A stretch of DNA of 64,000 bases, taken from NCBI GenBank assembly GCA_947482345.1, contig CANKJN010000005.1:102-64101 (forward strand), read 5' to 3'. Origin of the DNA: Spartobacteria bacterium. Its GTDB lineage: Bacteria > Verrucomicrobiota > Verrucomicrobiia > Chthoniobacterales > UBA6821. The notes under the pieces are model-generated. The model was not told where the DNA came from and ran no database searches. It saw only the letters and a list, made by a program, of their open reading frames with translations. Below are positions 41,415 through 50,322 of the stretch, piece after piece. The position numbers and the translations under genes are program-made. Position 1 is the first letter of the stretch. Every line of letters begins with the position of its first letter.

Positions 41415-42449
41415 ATGCCCTTTCCCAATCAGCAATCAGCAATCAGCAATCAAAAGTCGTTTGCGCCGACAATTCTTGCTGCGGGTGTCGTCTCCCTGTT
41501 GATCACCTCTCTCTTCCTGTCGGTCCAGTACAGCTACGGGATAGGAACGACCACGTACTCTCTGGCCCAGTATATCTGGCGGACTTGGAATGAGAGCGAG
41601 GACATGGGACACGGCATGATCGTCGTGCCGGCCGCCCTGTTCCTGATCTACCATGATCGGGAAAGGCTTCTTTCAATCACTCCCAAGCCGGGATGGGGAG
41701 GATTGGTGCTCCTGATCACAGGGTTGATGATCTACTGGTGCGGTCATTTGGCCGACGTCACCTTTGCAGGACTTTTCAGCCTGATCGTCATCCTGGCCGG
41801 AACCATCTGGTGGTTGCTCGGTTGGGAGTTCCTGAAGGCGCTTTCCTTTCCCATCGCCTTCCTGATTTTTGCGATCCCCTTTCCCGGCATCGACTCCATG
41901 GTGGCGCTTCCCCTGCGCTATCTGATGTCGAAGCTCGGGGTGGTGATCTTGAATCTCCTCGGAGTACCCGTGGTGCTGGTGGGTACGGGCATCCTCTCGG
42001 CTCCCGATGCGGCGCAGCACCTTGCAACGGGGCAGAAATTCGCCGTCGATGTGGCCAATCCGTGTAGCGGGATCCGTTCGCTCTTCGCTCTGATGATGGT
42101 GGGGGCGCTTTTCGCCCATTTCACGCTCAAGGGTGCCTGGAGGAAGTGGATTCTCTTTCTCTGCACGCCGCCGCTGGCCGTGCTCGGCAATCTGGTGCGA
42201 ATCCTGATGCTCACGCTCGGAACGGTTGCCTTCGGAAGCGAATTCGCGTTAGGGAAAAACCCTCTGGAGCATCCCTCCTGGTTCCACATGCTGGCCGGTT
42301 ATCTGGTCTTCATGGTGGCGCTTGCCGGAATGATGGGGGTTGCCTCCCTGCTCGGGCGTCTCCCCGGTGGTGTCCGAAGCAGCGCACCGTCGCCTGCGGC
42401 GCGGCCGAACCAAGGGGTTCCCGAATCGGATTCCGTCGATCGCTACTGA
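41415..42449 (+). CDS. Exosortase (EpsH family)
   Basis: HGMIVVP, VANPCSGIRSL (Cys), NLVRI (Arg), WFHMLAG (His). Start placed at ATG 41415. Confidence 0.9.
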   Translation: MPFPNQQSAISNQKSFAPTILAAGVVSLLITSLFLSVQYSYGIGTTTYSLAQYIWRTWNESEDMGHGMIVVPAALFLIYHDRERLLSITPKPGWGGLVLLITGLMIYWCGHLADVTFAGLFSLIVILAGTIWWLLGWEFLKALSFPIAFLIFAIPFPGIDSMVALPLRYLMSKLGVVILNLLGVPVVLVGTGILSAPDAAQHLATGQKFAVDVANPCSGIRSLFALMMVGALFAHFTLKGAWRKWILFLCTPPLAVLGNLVRILMLTLGTVAFGSEFALGKNPLEHPSWFHMLAGYLVFMVALAGMMGVASLLGRLPGGVRSSAPSPAARPNQGVPESDSVDRY

Positions 42450-42465
42450 TTGGTGTGATCCCTAA

Positions 42466-42844
42466 GGAAGCGCTGATTAAATCCCATGAAGGCCGCTGAA
42501 GAGCATTTGCTGATTTTTGAAGGCGCGAGTGCTGGGCGATACCCGCAGCGGTCTCGCCCGAGCGAGCAACGCCACAAAAATCGACAAATGGCTTCAGCCC
42601 TTCGGGTTGCGGAGATCCAAGCCAAAGGCCACAAAGCCTTTGGCTTCGTGCCGTGGCACGGGGGCCAACTGTGTTGGCTTGGCACTTTGCTTGCCCGGCC
42701 GTTGCTTCGCATCCGTTACGGCAGCCCGCAGAGGGGATGCTCGTGCCAAGCCGCCTTACCCACGGCCCATGGCTTGCCCGGTCGTTGCTTTGCATCCGCT
42801 ACGGCTTCCCGCAACGGCCTCTATGCGATTTAATCAGCGTTTCC
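42466..42844 (+). mobile_element. IS5-type MITE, copy 2 (379 bp)
   Basis: Same TIRs and arms as 3821-4094; CTAA duplicated at 42462-42465 and 42845-42848. Confidence 0.88.
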
Positions 42845-42872
42845 CTAAGTCCCTCCCTGATCCGCCTGCAAG

Positions 42873-44141
42873 ATGAATTCCCCCGCAGCGAGCCAGGAAA
42901 GGGAGCATCACAGACCCCGGATCCTGCAGATTTTCTCACGCTATCGGGAGTATGGCGGCGAGGAGGGGAGTGTCTACCGGATCGGTGATGCGCTGCATCG
43001 AGATTTCGACATCGGCTTCTTCCTGGCATCGAGCGGGGATGCCTTTTCCGGCGGGGTTCTCAAGAAGGGCCTCTCTACGATCAAGGCATTCTCCAATTGG
43101 ACCATCGTGGATCAGTTGCGCCGTTACCAGCAGCTCGGGCGGTATGATTGCTGGCTGATTCACAATGTCTTCCCGGTCATGTCTCCGGCTGTCTACGAGC
43201 TGGCCTTCACCTTGAGGATTCCGATCATTCATTATCTGCATAATTACCGGATGGGGTGCGTCAACGGTTTCTTTATGAATCATGGAGAGCCGTGCCAGCG
43301 GTGCATGCACGGGAGCTTCCTTCCCGCATTCCAGACCGCATGCTGGCATGGGAGTCACGTTCAGAGCGGCATCATGGGTGCCGTCACTAGCCGTGCACGG
43401 GGCATGGATCTCTTTCACCGGGTGCACCACTGGGTTGCGATCAGCAGTGCGCAGAAAAAAGAGCACGTGGAGATGGGGATCCCCGCTGACCGGATCTCCG
43501 TCATTCCTCATTTTTTTGAATCAAAGGGGGAGGCGCCCGATTATCCGGATCAGGGAGATGTGCTCTTTGTCGGAAGACTCTCCGCCGAGAAGGGAGTGGA
43601 TCGTCTTCTCATGGCATGGGAGGCCATTCAGGATTGCGGGAGAACCCTCTGGATCGTGGGTGACGGGCCCGAACGCAGTAAACTCGAGGAGATGGTACGA
43701 AGCAGAAGTCTCCGGAGTGTCCGCTTCACCGGCTTTCTGGAACGGGAGGCGATGGCATCAATCTGGGAAAAAGCGGCCTGTTCGATCGTCCCCTCGGTCT
43801 GGAAGGAGCCGTTCGGCATGGTGGTGCTGGAATCATGGGCCAAGGGGCGCCCCGTCATCGCCCACCGGATCGGTGCGCTCGAGGAGATTGTCTCCGATGG
43901 AACCGACGGCCTTCTCGTCCCCGTGGATGAACCCGGGGCATTGGCGGAAGCGATCCTCTCGATCCTTAATGACCCTGCTCGCGGGAAAGCCATGGGGCGT
44001 GCCGGAGCAGAGAAGCTTAGACACCAATATTCCAAGCAGGTTTGGCAGGATGCGATACAAGGGATTTTTGCGCACTTGCCATCACGCAATTCGTTCCATG
44101 AAAAGTCGAAGGTCGAAGGTCGAAAGACGAGTGTCGATTAG
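42873..44141 (+). CDS. GT4 glycosyltransferase
   Basis: GGEE, HNVFPVMSP, GRLSAEKG, EPFGMVVLESWAKGRPVI. Confidence 0.9.
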   Translation: MNSPAASQEREHHRPRILQIFSRYREYGGEEGSVYRIGDALHRDFDIGFFLASSGDAFSGGVLKKGLSTIKAFSNWTIVDQLRRYQQLGRYDCWLIHNVFPVMSPAVYELAFTLRIPIIHYLHNYRMGCVNGFFMNHGEPCQRCMHGSFLPAFQTACWHGSHVQSGIMGAVTSRARGMDLFHRVHHWVAISSAQKKEHVEMGIPADRISVIPHFFESKGEAPDYPDQGDVLFVGRLSAEKGVDRLLMAWEAIQDCGRTLWIVGDGPERSKLEEMVRSRSLRSVRFTGFLEREAMASIWEKAACSIVPSVWKEPFGMVVLESWAKGRPVIAHRIGALEEIVSDGTDGLLVPVDEPGALAEAILSILNDPARGKAMGRAGAEKLRHQYSKQVWQDAIQGIFAHLPSRNSFHEKSKVEGRKTSVD

Positions 44142-44396
44142 CAGTCGTGATTGCTGATTGTTGGTTGTTGGTTGTTGCTGACCATAGAGATTGTTGATTG
44201 TTAATTGCTGATTGCTGTTCCCTGTTCCCTGTTCCCACTTTCCGCTTTCAGGTTTCAGGTTTCATCCCTCATAATTGACACCACTTCCTCCCGGAAGCCG
44301 TGGCGCCCCGTTGGGGCTACGACTGCGTCGTAGTCTACCGCGTGCCATCCCAGGCGCTTGGTTCATCCTTCATAATTTCCTCGTCCTCCCCAACCC

Positions 44397-45119
44397 ATGA
44401 ATCGCCTCTCTAAGTATAAAATCGATCCGGTAGGCGAAGCCATGCTGCCGTTCGGTTATCTTCTGCTCGTCCTCACCCTCGACTTTATCACCCCCAAGGC
44501 GGTGCTCACACCCCTCTTTGGAATCGTGGGGTTGCTGGTCTTCGCTTACTGCCTGACACCTGGTTGGATGACATTTTGGTCATCGGTCTATGCCGTCGTG
44601 GTGACGGCGCTTTTTATCTCTCCGGGCATTTACATGTTCTTCCACAAAGAGGCTCCCCAGGCGGATTTCCTCACGCCCTATGCGAGAAGCGGCACATTCA
44701 TCGCCGGCGCCGCGCTCTCTGCATCCCTTTGTGCCGCGCTCTCGAGGGCACTGGCCATGAACGATGATTTCAGGGACATGCTCGAGAAGCTCACGCTCCC
44801 CGTGATCACCTCGAACCATGATGGTAGGATCATCTTTCTCAATCGCGCCGCCATGGATGCTCTGGGATGGGGGGGCGATCATAACTTGGCGATTTCCTAT
44901 TTCGACGCACTGGCACCGAAGGGAGTGCAGGGCGAGTTGATAGCGTCTTATCTGAGACGTTTTGACCAAGGGAATGCCGGGGAGATGCCCCCTCTCAATC
45001 TGGAGTGTCGCGGGCGGCGCTGTCTCGGATCCACGCGAATGATGGAATCTAAATCCCCCCGATTATTGCTGACCATGCTCGATTTTGAAAGCGCCACCGT
45101 ATCGGAAAAGAGAGCATGA
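44397..45119 (+). CDS. Membrane protein with a C-terminal PAS-like domain and no output domain
   Basis: Hydrophobic N-terminal half; PVITSNHDGRIIFLNRAA PAS motif. Confidence 0.65.
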   Translation: MNRLSKYKIDPVGEAMLPFGYLLLVLTLDFITPKAVLTPLFGIVGLLVFAYCLTPGWMTFWSSVYAVVVTALFISPGIYMFFHKEAPQADFLTPYARSGTFIAGAALSASLCAALSRALAMNDDFRDMLEKLTLPVITSNHDGRIIFLNRAAMDALGWGGDHNLAISYFDALAPKGVQGELIASYLRRFDQGNAGEMPPLNLECRGRRCLGSTRMMESKSPRLLLTMLDFESATVSEKRA

Positions 45120-46312
45120 ATGGTAAATCGCCCCGCCTGCTTCTTGTCGACGGGCACTACTATCTCTACCGATCCTTTTTCGCAATCCGGGGACTGACGA
45201 ATTCCAAGGGGGAGCCGACGAATGCAATCTACGGATTCGTGAAGGCCCTTCGGAGGATGCTGAAGGATCTCAGGCCAGATTATGCCGCGGTGATCTGGGA
45301 TGCCGGTCTGCCCGAGCGTAGGACGCAACTTCAACCCGACTACAAGCAGCACCGCGACGAGATGCCTGACGATCTGGAGGTCCAGCAGGAACCGATCCAA
45401 GAGATCGTCCCGCTTCTGGGGGTCGCCAGCGTTTTTCTCGAGAACCATGAGGCGGACGACCTGATCGCCTCCTATGTCGTGAAGGCCCGAAAGGAGGGCA
45501 TCGAGTGTGTGGTGGCGACCAATGACAAGGATATCCTCCAGATGGTCCGCGACGGGGTCTCCATCTACTCCACGGCCAAGGCGGACGTGGGGGAGGGGAA
45601 CGGGGGATTCAAACTTCTTGGGATTCCCGAGGTGACGGCGAAGTGGGGGGTCGAGCCCTCCCTCATCGCCGATGTCCTGGCCCTCACTGGAGACTCGGCC
45701 GACAATATTCCCGGAGTCCCGGGAGTGGGGGGCAAGACCGCCGCGAAGTGGATCAACCAGTACGGGTCGCTCGATGCCATCCTGGTGGGGTCGGGACTTG
45801 ATCCCAAGGTGCGTGAGAAAGTGGAGGCCTCCCGTGCTCAGATCGAGAGCAACCGGGCCATGGTGGCCTTGGATCTGGATCTGCCTCTGCCACTCCCGAT
45901 TCACGGGATGAAGGTATCGCCGCAATATCCGGAGCTGGTCGAGGCATTGAGGCGGTGTGAGTTTCGTTCGCTGACGGCCGAGGTGGAGAGGGAAGCTGCG
46001 GAGATGAAACCTGAAGTTGGAAACCTGAAACCTGAGTCGGCGGAGGGAGTGAAAAGTGAAAAGTCGGGAGAGCGACAGAAGTCGGAGGTCGGAGCTCAGG
46101 GGTCAGGAAGCACCAGCCAGAGTCCGAAAACAGAATACCCGGATGTGGCGGAGCGATTAAAAATTGCTGACTCTTCATTGCTGATCGAAGAAAGAAACGG
46201 CGGAGCGAGCGCGCCTGATGAGGGCGGGTGTCTCGAACCAGCAATGAGCAATAATCAATCAACAATTCCTGCCCCGAGGCCTTCCGCCGCCGAGCAGGGG
46301 GAGCTTTTCTGA
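45116..46312 (+). CDS. Stand-alone 5'-3' exonuclease / flap endonuclease with low-complexity tail
   Basis: LLVDGH, TNAIYGF, YKQHR, EADDLIAS, TNDKD, GDSADNIPGVPGVGGKTA. No polymerase domain; ends in QGELF. Confidence 0.9.
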   Translation: MNGKSPRLLLVDGHYYLYRSFFAIRGLTNSKGEPTNAIYGFVKALRRMLKDLRPDYAAVIWDAGLPERRTQLQPDYKQHRDEMPDDLEVQQEPIQEIVPLLGVASVFLENHEADDLIASYVVKARKEGIECVVATNDKDILQMVRDGVSIYSTAKADVGEGNGGFKLLGIPEVTAKWGVEPSLIADVLALTGDSADNIPGVPGVGGKTAAKWINQYGSLDAILVGSGLDPKVREKVEASRAQIESNRAMVALDLDLPLPLPIHGMKVSPQYPELVEALRRCEFRSLTAEVEREAAEMKPEVGNLKPESAEGVKSEKSGERQKSEVGAQGSGSTSQSPKTEYPDVAERLKIADSSLLIEERNGGASAPDEGGCLEPAMSNNQSTIPAPRPSAAEQGELF

Positions 46313-46959
46313 TGAGAACCTCGCTTGTTCTGGGAGCCGGCCGCGGCCCTCGTCTGGAGGTGCTGGAGTTGATCCGTCGCTCGCTCGATGGGATGAGCGT
46401 GAAGGCGCTCTCCTCGGAACTTGGGATGAGCTACATGGGGGTGAAGGCTCACTGCATCGCTCTCACCTCATCCGGATACCTGACCACCTGGAGGCAGCCT
46501 TCTGTAAAGGGGCGCCCCTTGATGCTCTATCGGCTAACCGAATCCGGTGAACAGCTCTTCGCCGAGTCGGGACAGGATCTCGCAGTAGAGTTGCTCGGGG
46601 AAGCCGCCGGCCTCTTCGGTGCAACAGCCCCTCAGAAGTTGCTGATGATGCATTTTCGGAAGATCGCGACCGGATACCGCGGACTGATCGACTCAGAGGA
46701 CGGGCTCGGCAAAGTGCGTGCTTTCGTCCGGATCCGTGATGCCGAGGGGAGGATCTCAACTTTGCACGAGGGACAGACTCTCGAGATCCGGGAATGTCAC
46801 AATCCTCTCTCCTCAGTCATGAGGAACTACTCCGGAGCAACGGCCATGGAAGAAAGCATGATTGCCGAGGTGCTGGGCATCCCGGTCCGCCGCCGCGAAG
46901 AGGGAGGGGTGGTAGTCTTCTCCCTGGGTCCGGATGGCTTGAAGATGCCAGTTTACTGA
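46312..46959 (+). CDS. SufR-like ArsR-type HTH transcriptional regulator
   Basis: LSSELGMSYMGVKAHC...GRPLMLYRLTESG; IRECHNP. Confidence 0.7.
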   Translation: MRTSLVLGAGRGPRLEVLELIRRSLDGMSVKALSSELGMSYMGVKAHCIALTSSGYLTTWRQPSVKGRPLMLYRLTESGEQLFAESGQDLAVELLGEAAGLFGATAPQKLLMMHFRKIATGYRGLIDSEDGLGKVRAFVRIRDAEGRISTLHEGQTLEIRECHNPLSSVMRNYSGATAMEESMIAEVLGIPVRRREEGGVVVFSLGPDGLKMPVY

Positions 46960-47738
46960 TCAGCCTGCCAGGCGGGCTTGTTCTTGAAGACCCACTTGTA
47001 GTACTCGGCGCGTTCGAGTGCCCCGGCAGAGGGTTCATCGAGGTAAAACTTCGCGTCGGGATGCATCTGGAGGATCGATGCGGGATTGCTGGCGGTGATG
47101 GGGCCCTCAGCGGCACCGGCAACCGCATCAGCCTTTCCCGCCCCAAAGGCGAGCAGGACCACGGAGCGGCTCTCCATGATCGTGCCGATCCCCATGGTGA
47201 TGACATGGTGGGGGACATCCTCCAGCTTGTCGAAGAAGCGGGCATTATCCTCGCGGGTGCGTTCGGTGAGCGTCTTGATGCGGGTGCGGGAAGCGAGCGA
47301 GGAGCCGTGCTCGTTGAAGCCGATATGTCCATCGGAGCCGATCCCGAGAACCTGCAGGTCGATCCCTCCCGCGTCTCGGATCTCCTGTTCGTAGTCCGCG
47401 CAATGGGCCGGCACATCCTTGGCAAGTCCGTCGGGGAGGCGGATGTTGCCGCGCGGGATATTCACCCCTTGGAAGAAGTTCTCCTCCATGAAGCGGTGGT
47501 AGGAGGCGGCATGGTCGGGCGCCAGGCCGAGGTATTCGTCGAGGTTGAAGGTACTTACCCGGGAGAAGTCGAGGCCCCCCTCGCGGTGCATCCGGATGAG
47601 TTCCTTGTAGAGGGTCACGGGCGTGCTTCCCGTTGCCAGCCCCAGGACGGCGTCGGGTTTCTCCCGTATCAGGCGTGCGATGCGGCGGGCGGCAAGGTGT
47701 GAGGCGGCTGCGGGATCGGGCGTGATGATGATTTCCAT
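46953..47738 (-). CDS. nagB: Glucosamine-6-phosphate deaminase
   Basis: LGLATGSTP, FNLDEY, LGIGSDGHIGFNE, ITMGIGTI, PASILQMH. Confidence 0.96.
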   Translation of the reverse strand: MEIIITPDPAAASHLAARRIARLIREKPDAVLGLATGSTPVTLYKELIRMHREGGLDFSRVSTFNLDEYLGLAPDHAASYHRFMEENFFQGVNIPRGNIRLPDGLAKDVPAHCADYEQEIRDAGGIDLQVLGIGSDGHIGFNEHGSSLASRTRIKTLTERTREDNARFFDKLEDVPHHVITMGIGTIMESRSVVLLAFGAGKADAVAGAAEGPITASNPASILQMHPDAKFYLDEPSAGALERAEYYKWVFKNKPAWQADQ

Positions 47739-47777
47739 GATGAACGGTGTGCTTGGGATTCCGGGAATCGGGTGAGG

Positions 47778-48632
47778 TTACTTGGTCAGGGTGCGTTCGA
47801 GCTTGGTCCGGATGTCTTCGCGAAAGCGGTCGACGTGACCCAGTGTGAAATCGACGAGATCGGAGGATGCCACGCCGATCAGGGGGGAGAGATCCATGAC
47901 AAAGGCGGCCTCGGTGAGGGCGTCACCCGAGTGGGAGTCGAGGAGGGTTGCATTGGCCCGGCGCCGGCCGGCCACCGCGAGATCGTAGCGCTTCCCTCCG
48001 GCGATCTGGGAGTCGAAGAGCCCGTTCAGCGCTGATGCCAGATGACCGTGACCTCCGAGATCCTGGACGACCTTGTCGCCATCCTCCATCCAGTCGAGAC
48101 TGCGCCACATTTCGCAGCCTAACAGCTTCGCCGGACGGTGTGCCGGGGGAACTTCCCTGAGCGCCTCGAGGACTGCCACAAGGACGCGCAGATGAGTCTC
48201 GTGCTTGTCGGCAGGATTGTGCGTATAGATGATGGAGGGCTTCATTCGGCAGAACAGTGAGACCAGATCGGAGACCAGAGGGCTTCCGATCGGACGGGTG
48301 ATCTCGTTGCTGGGATAGCAAAGTTGGGACATGAAGGAATACCTTCCGGCAAGGGCCGCCGTGCGCTGCTCCTGCATCCGGATCGCGGACAGCTCGGAGG
48401 GCGAGACCCCGGCATAGGGGCCGTCATGGGAGCTGCCCGCCCCATCGGTGCAGGTGATCCCCCCGAACCATTTCTCCGTGGAATAAAAGCACTCTGCGAT
48501 CCCGTGGAATGCCATGAACTCGAGGTCATCCTGATGGGCGCCGATCCCGAGATGCGTCGTGCGGCCGATCGCCTCATCCTCGGCGAGACCGTCAGGGATG
48601 AAGAGATCGTGTTTGCGGGAGGTCGTGTTCAT
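47778..48632 (-). CDS. PIG-L/LmbE-family deacetylase
   Basis: GIGAHQDDLE, THNPADKHETH. Confidence 0.85.
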   Translation of the reverse strand: MNTTSRKHDLFIPDGLAEDEAIGRTTHLGIGAHQDDLEFMAFHGIAECFYSTEKWFGGITCTDGAGSSHDGPYAGVSPSELSAIRMQEQRTAALAGRYSFMSQLCYPSNEITRPIGSPLVSDLVSLFCRMKPSIIYTHNPADKHETHLRVLVAVLEALREVPPAHRPAKLLGCEMWRSLDWMEDGDKVVQDLGGHGHLASALNGLFDSQIAGGKRYDLAVAGRRRANATLLDSHSGDALTEAAFVMDLSPLIGVASSDLVDFTLGHVDRFREDIRTKLERTLTK

Positions 48633-48943
48633 GAATCCCTAGATTCTTCAGATAATGGTCAAAAAGCCAGACCGCAGAAAGGGGAGCGGCCGAACCCAAA
48701 GGCAAAATGAAAAAAAGGGTGCGGTTAAAATCTGAACAGAGCTTCTGGTAAGGGGTGCTGTAGATTGCGACTTAGTCGTAGCTCCAAGGGAGCGGCACGG
48801 CTTACCGAGCGGCAATTGACGTCAAAGCTCAGGGTTGAAAGCTGATTGCCGCCCCCAACGGGCTCTCCCGGTTAGGAGTTGAAGTTGAAGAACCGACCTC
48901 CGACCTCCGTCGATAAGTGGGGGATGGAAAACCGTCGGGGGGA

Positions 48944-49699
48944 TTACTTTTTCCTCCTGCGGTTGGCTGCAGCGGGAGCTTTCCTCCGGGTCGCCCGGGC
49001 TGCACGGGCTGCCTTGTGGACGGCGGGATCGGGCGTTGCCAAGCGATCGGCAGGGCCTTCCCACATCCGGAATCCTCCCTCGAAGGCGTTGGCATTGTTT
49101 CCCTCGATGCAGGCTGGCGGGAGTGCCTTGAGTTTCTTCACATTCCCACCGCCAAGCACGACGTAGTCGGGAAGGATGGCTGCGGTGAGGAGTTCGACGG
49201 CCTCGAAGACATGCTTCTTCCACTTCCCCTTGCCGTTCTTCTCGAGACCCCTGATTCCGACATAATCCTCAAAGGTCTTTTTCTTGAAGGGGAGGTGGCC
49301 GAGTTCCAGGGGCAGGAGGACATGATCGGTGACCACGGCGCTGCCGAGTCCCGTGCCTAGTCCGAGGAAGAGCATCTTGCCCCCTTTGTAGCTGCCGAGT
49401 GCCTGCATGGCGGCGTCATTGATCATCTTGACCGGCGTGCCGAAGGCCTTCTCGTACTCGAAGCCGACCCAACCCGGGCCGAGATTGAATGGTTCGGCCA
49501 CGGGTTGGTTGTTGTGGACCGGTGAAGGGAAGCCGATCGAGACGACATCGAAATCCCATCCCTTGGCGAGCGCTTTCACGTCACTGACCATTTGCGCGGG
49601 TGTGAACTCATGGCCGGAGACGGCCTTGCGCGGTTCCTTCTCCCCGCTAAGGAGGATTTTAACATGGGTGCCGCCGATATCGATGGAGAGGACTTTCAT
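48944..49699 (-). CDS. ROK-family / polyphosphate glucokinase-like sugar kinase
   Basis: SIDIGGTHVK, NDAAMQALG, LGLGTGLGSA, ELGHL, VLGGGN. Start at ATG 49699. Confidence 0.88.
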   Translation of the reverse strand: MKVLSIDIGGTHVKILLSGEKEPRKAVSGHEFTPAQMVSDVKALAKGWDFDVVSIGFPSPVHNNQPVAEPFNLGPGWVGFEYEKAFGTPVKMINDAAMQALGSYKGGKMLFLGLGTGLGSAVVTDHVLLPLELGHLPFKKKTFEDYVGIRGLEKNGKGKWKKHVFEAVELLTAAILPDYVVLGGGNVKKLKALPPACIEGNNANAFEGGFRMWEGPADRLATPDPAVHKAARAARATRRKAPAAANRRRKK

Positions 49700-49826
49700 G
49701 GGGAAGGGATGGTGCGTCTTGTGGTGTGTTGAGGCTGGGGAGCTTCTTCCAATGAGAACACTCCCCGAGGGGGGGTCAAGGTGGATCGCATCCAAGCTGA
49801 GGATTTCAGGGTGGAGGGAGGGCTAA

Positions 49827-50140
49827 GGAAGCGCTGATTAAATCGCATAGAGGCCGTTGCGGAAAGAGTGGGCCGCGGGCAAGGCGGCTTCGCGGGCGCA
49901 TCCCCGCAGTGGGCTGTAACCGCGAAGCCAACGAAGCACCCGGCCTGTTATGGCGTTGCTTGCTCGGGCGAGACCACTGCGGGTATTGACTCGCTCGCTC
50001 CCGCGAGGCTCGCCCTGTCGGGTTTGCCTGCGGCAAATCTACCCAAGCAGCCCCCGCAGCTACGTGTTGCCCAGCGCTCGCGCCTTCAAAAATCAGCAAC
50101 TGCCCTTCAGCGGCCATCATGGGATTTAATCAGCGTTTCC
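49827..50140 (-). mobile_element. IS5-type MITE, copy 3 (314 bp, inverted)
   Basis: Same TIRs and arms in reverse orientation; CTAA at 49823-49826 and 50141-50144. Confidence 0.88.
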
Positions 50141-50322
50141 CTAAAGGGGAGACAAATGAAAAATTGAACCGAGACGAAGTTCGGGAAGGCTGAAGTAGTA
50201 AAAGGAGCGAAGGTTAGGGCTGAAAGGAGGGAGGATTATGGGGAACCTGGTTGCTGATTGCTGATTGATGGAACCCGAACTCTGACCTCTGAACTCTGAT
50301 CTAACGGCACTTGTACCCCCGT

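Noticed and set aside
48633-48943. Possible riboswitch upstream of the deacetylase and nagB
   Set aside because: The visible structure is explained by a diverged family B repeat and heptamers; no known riboswitch consensus was recognised.
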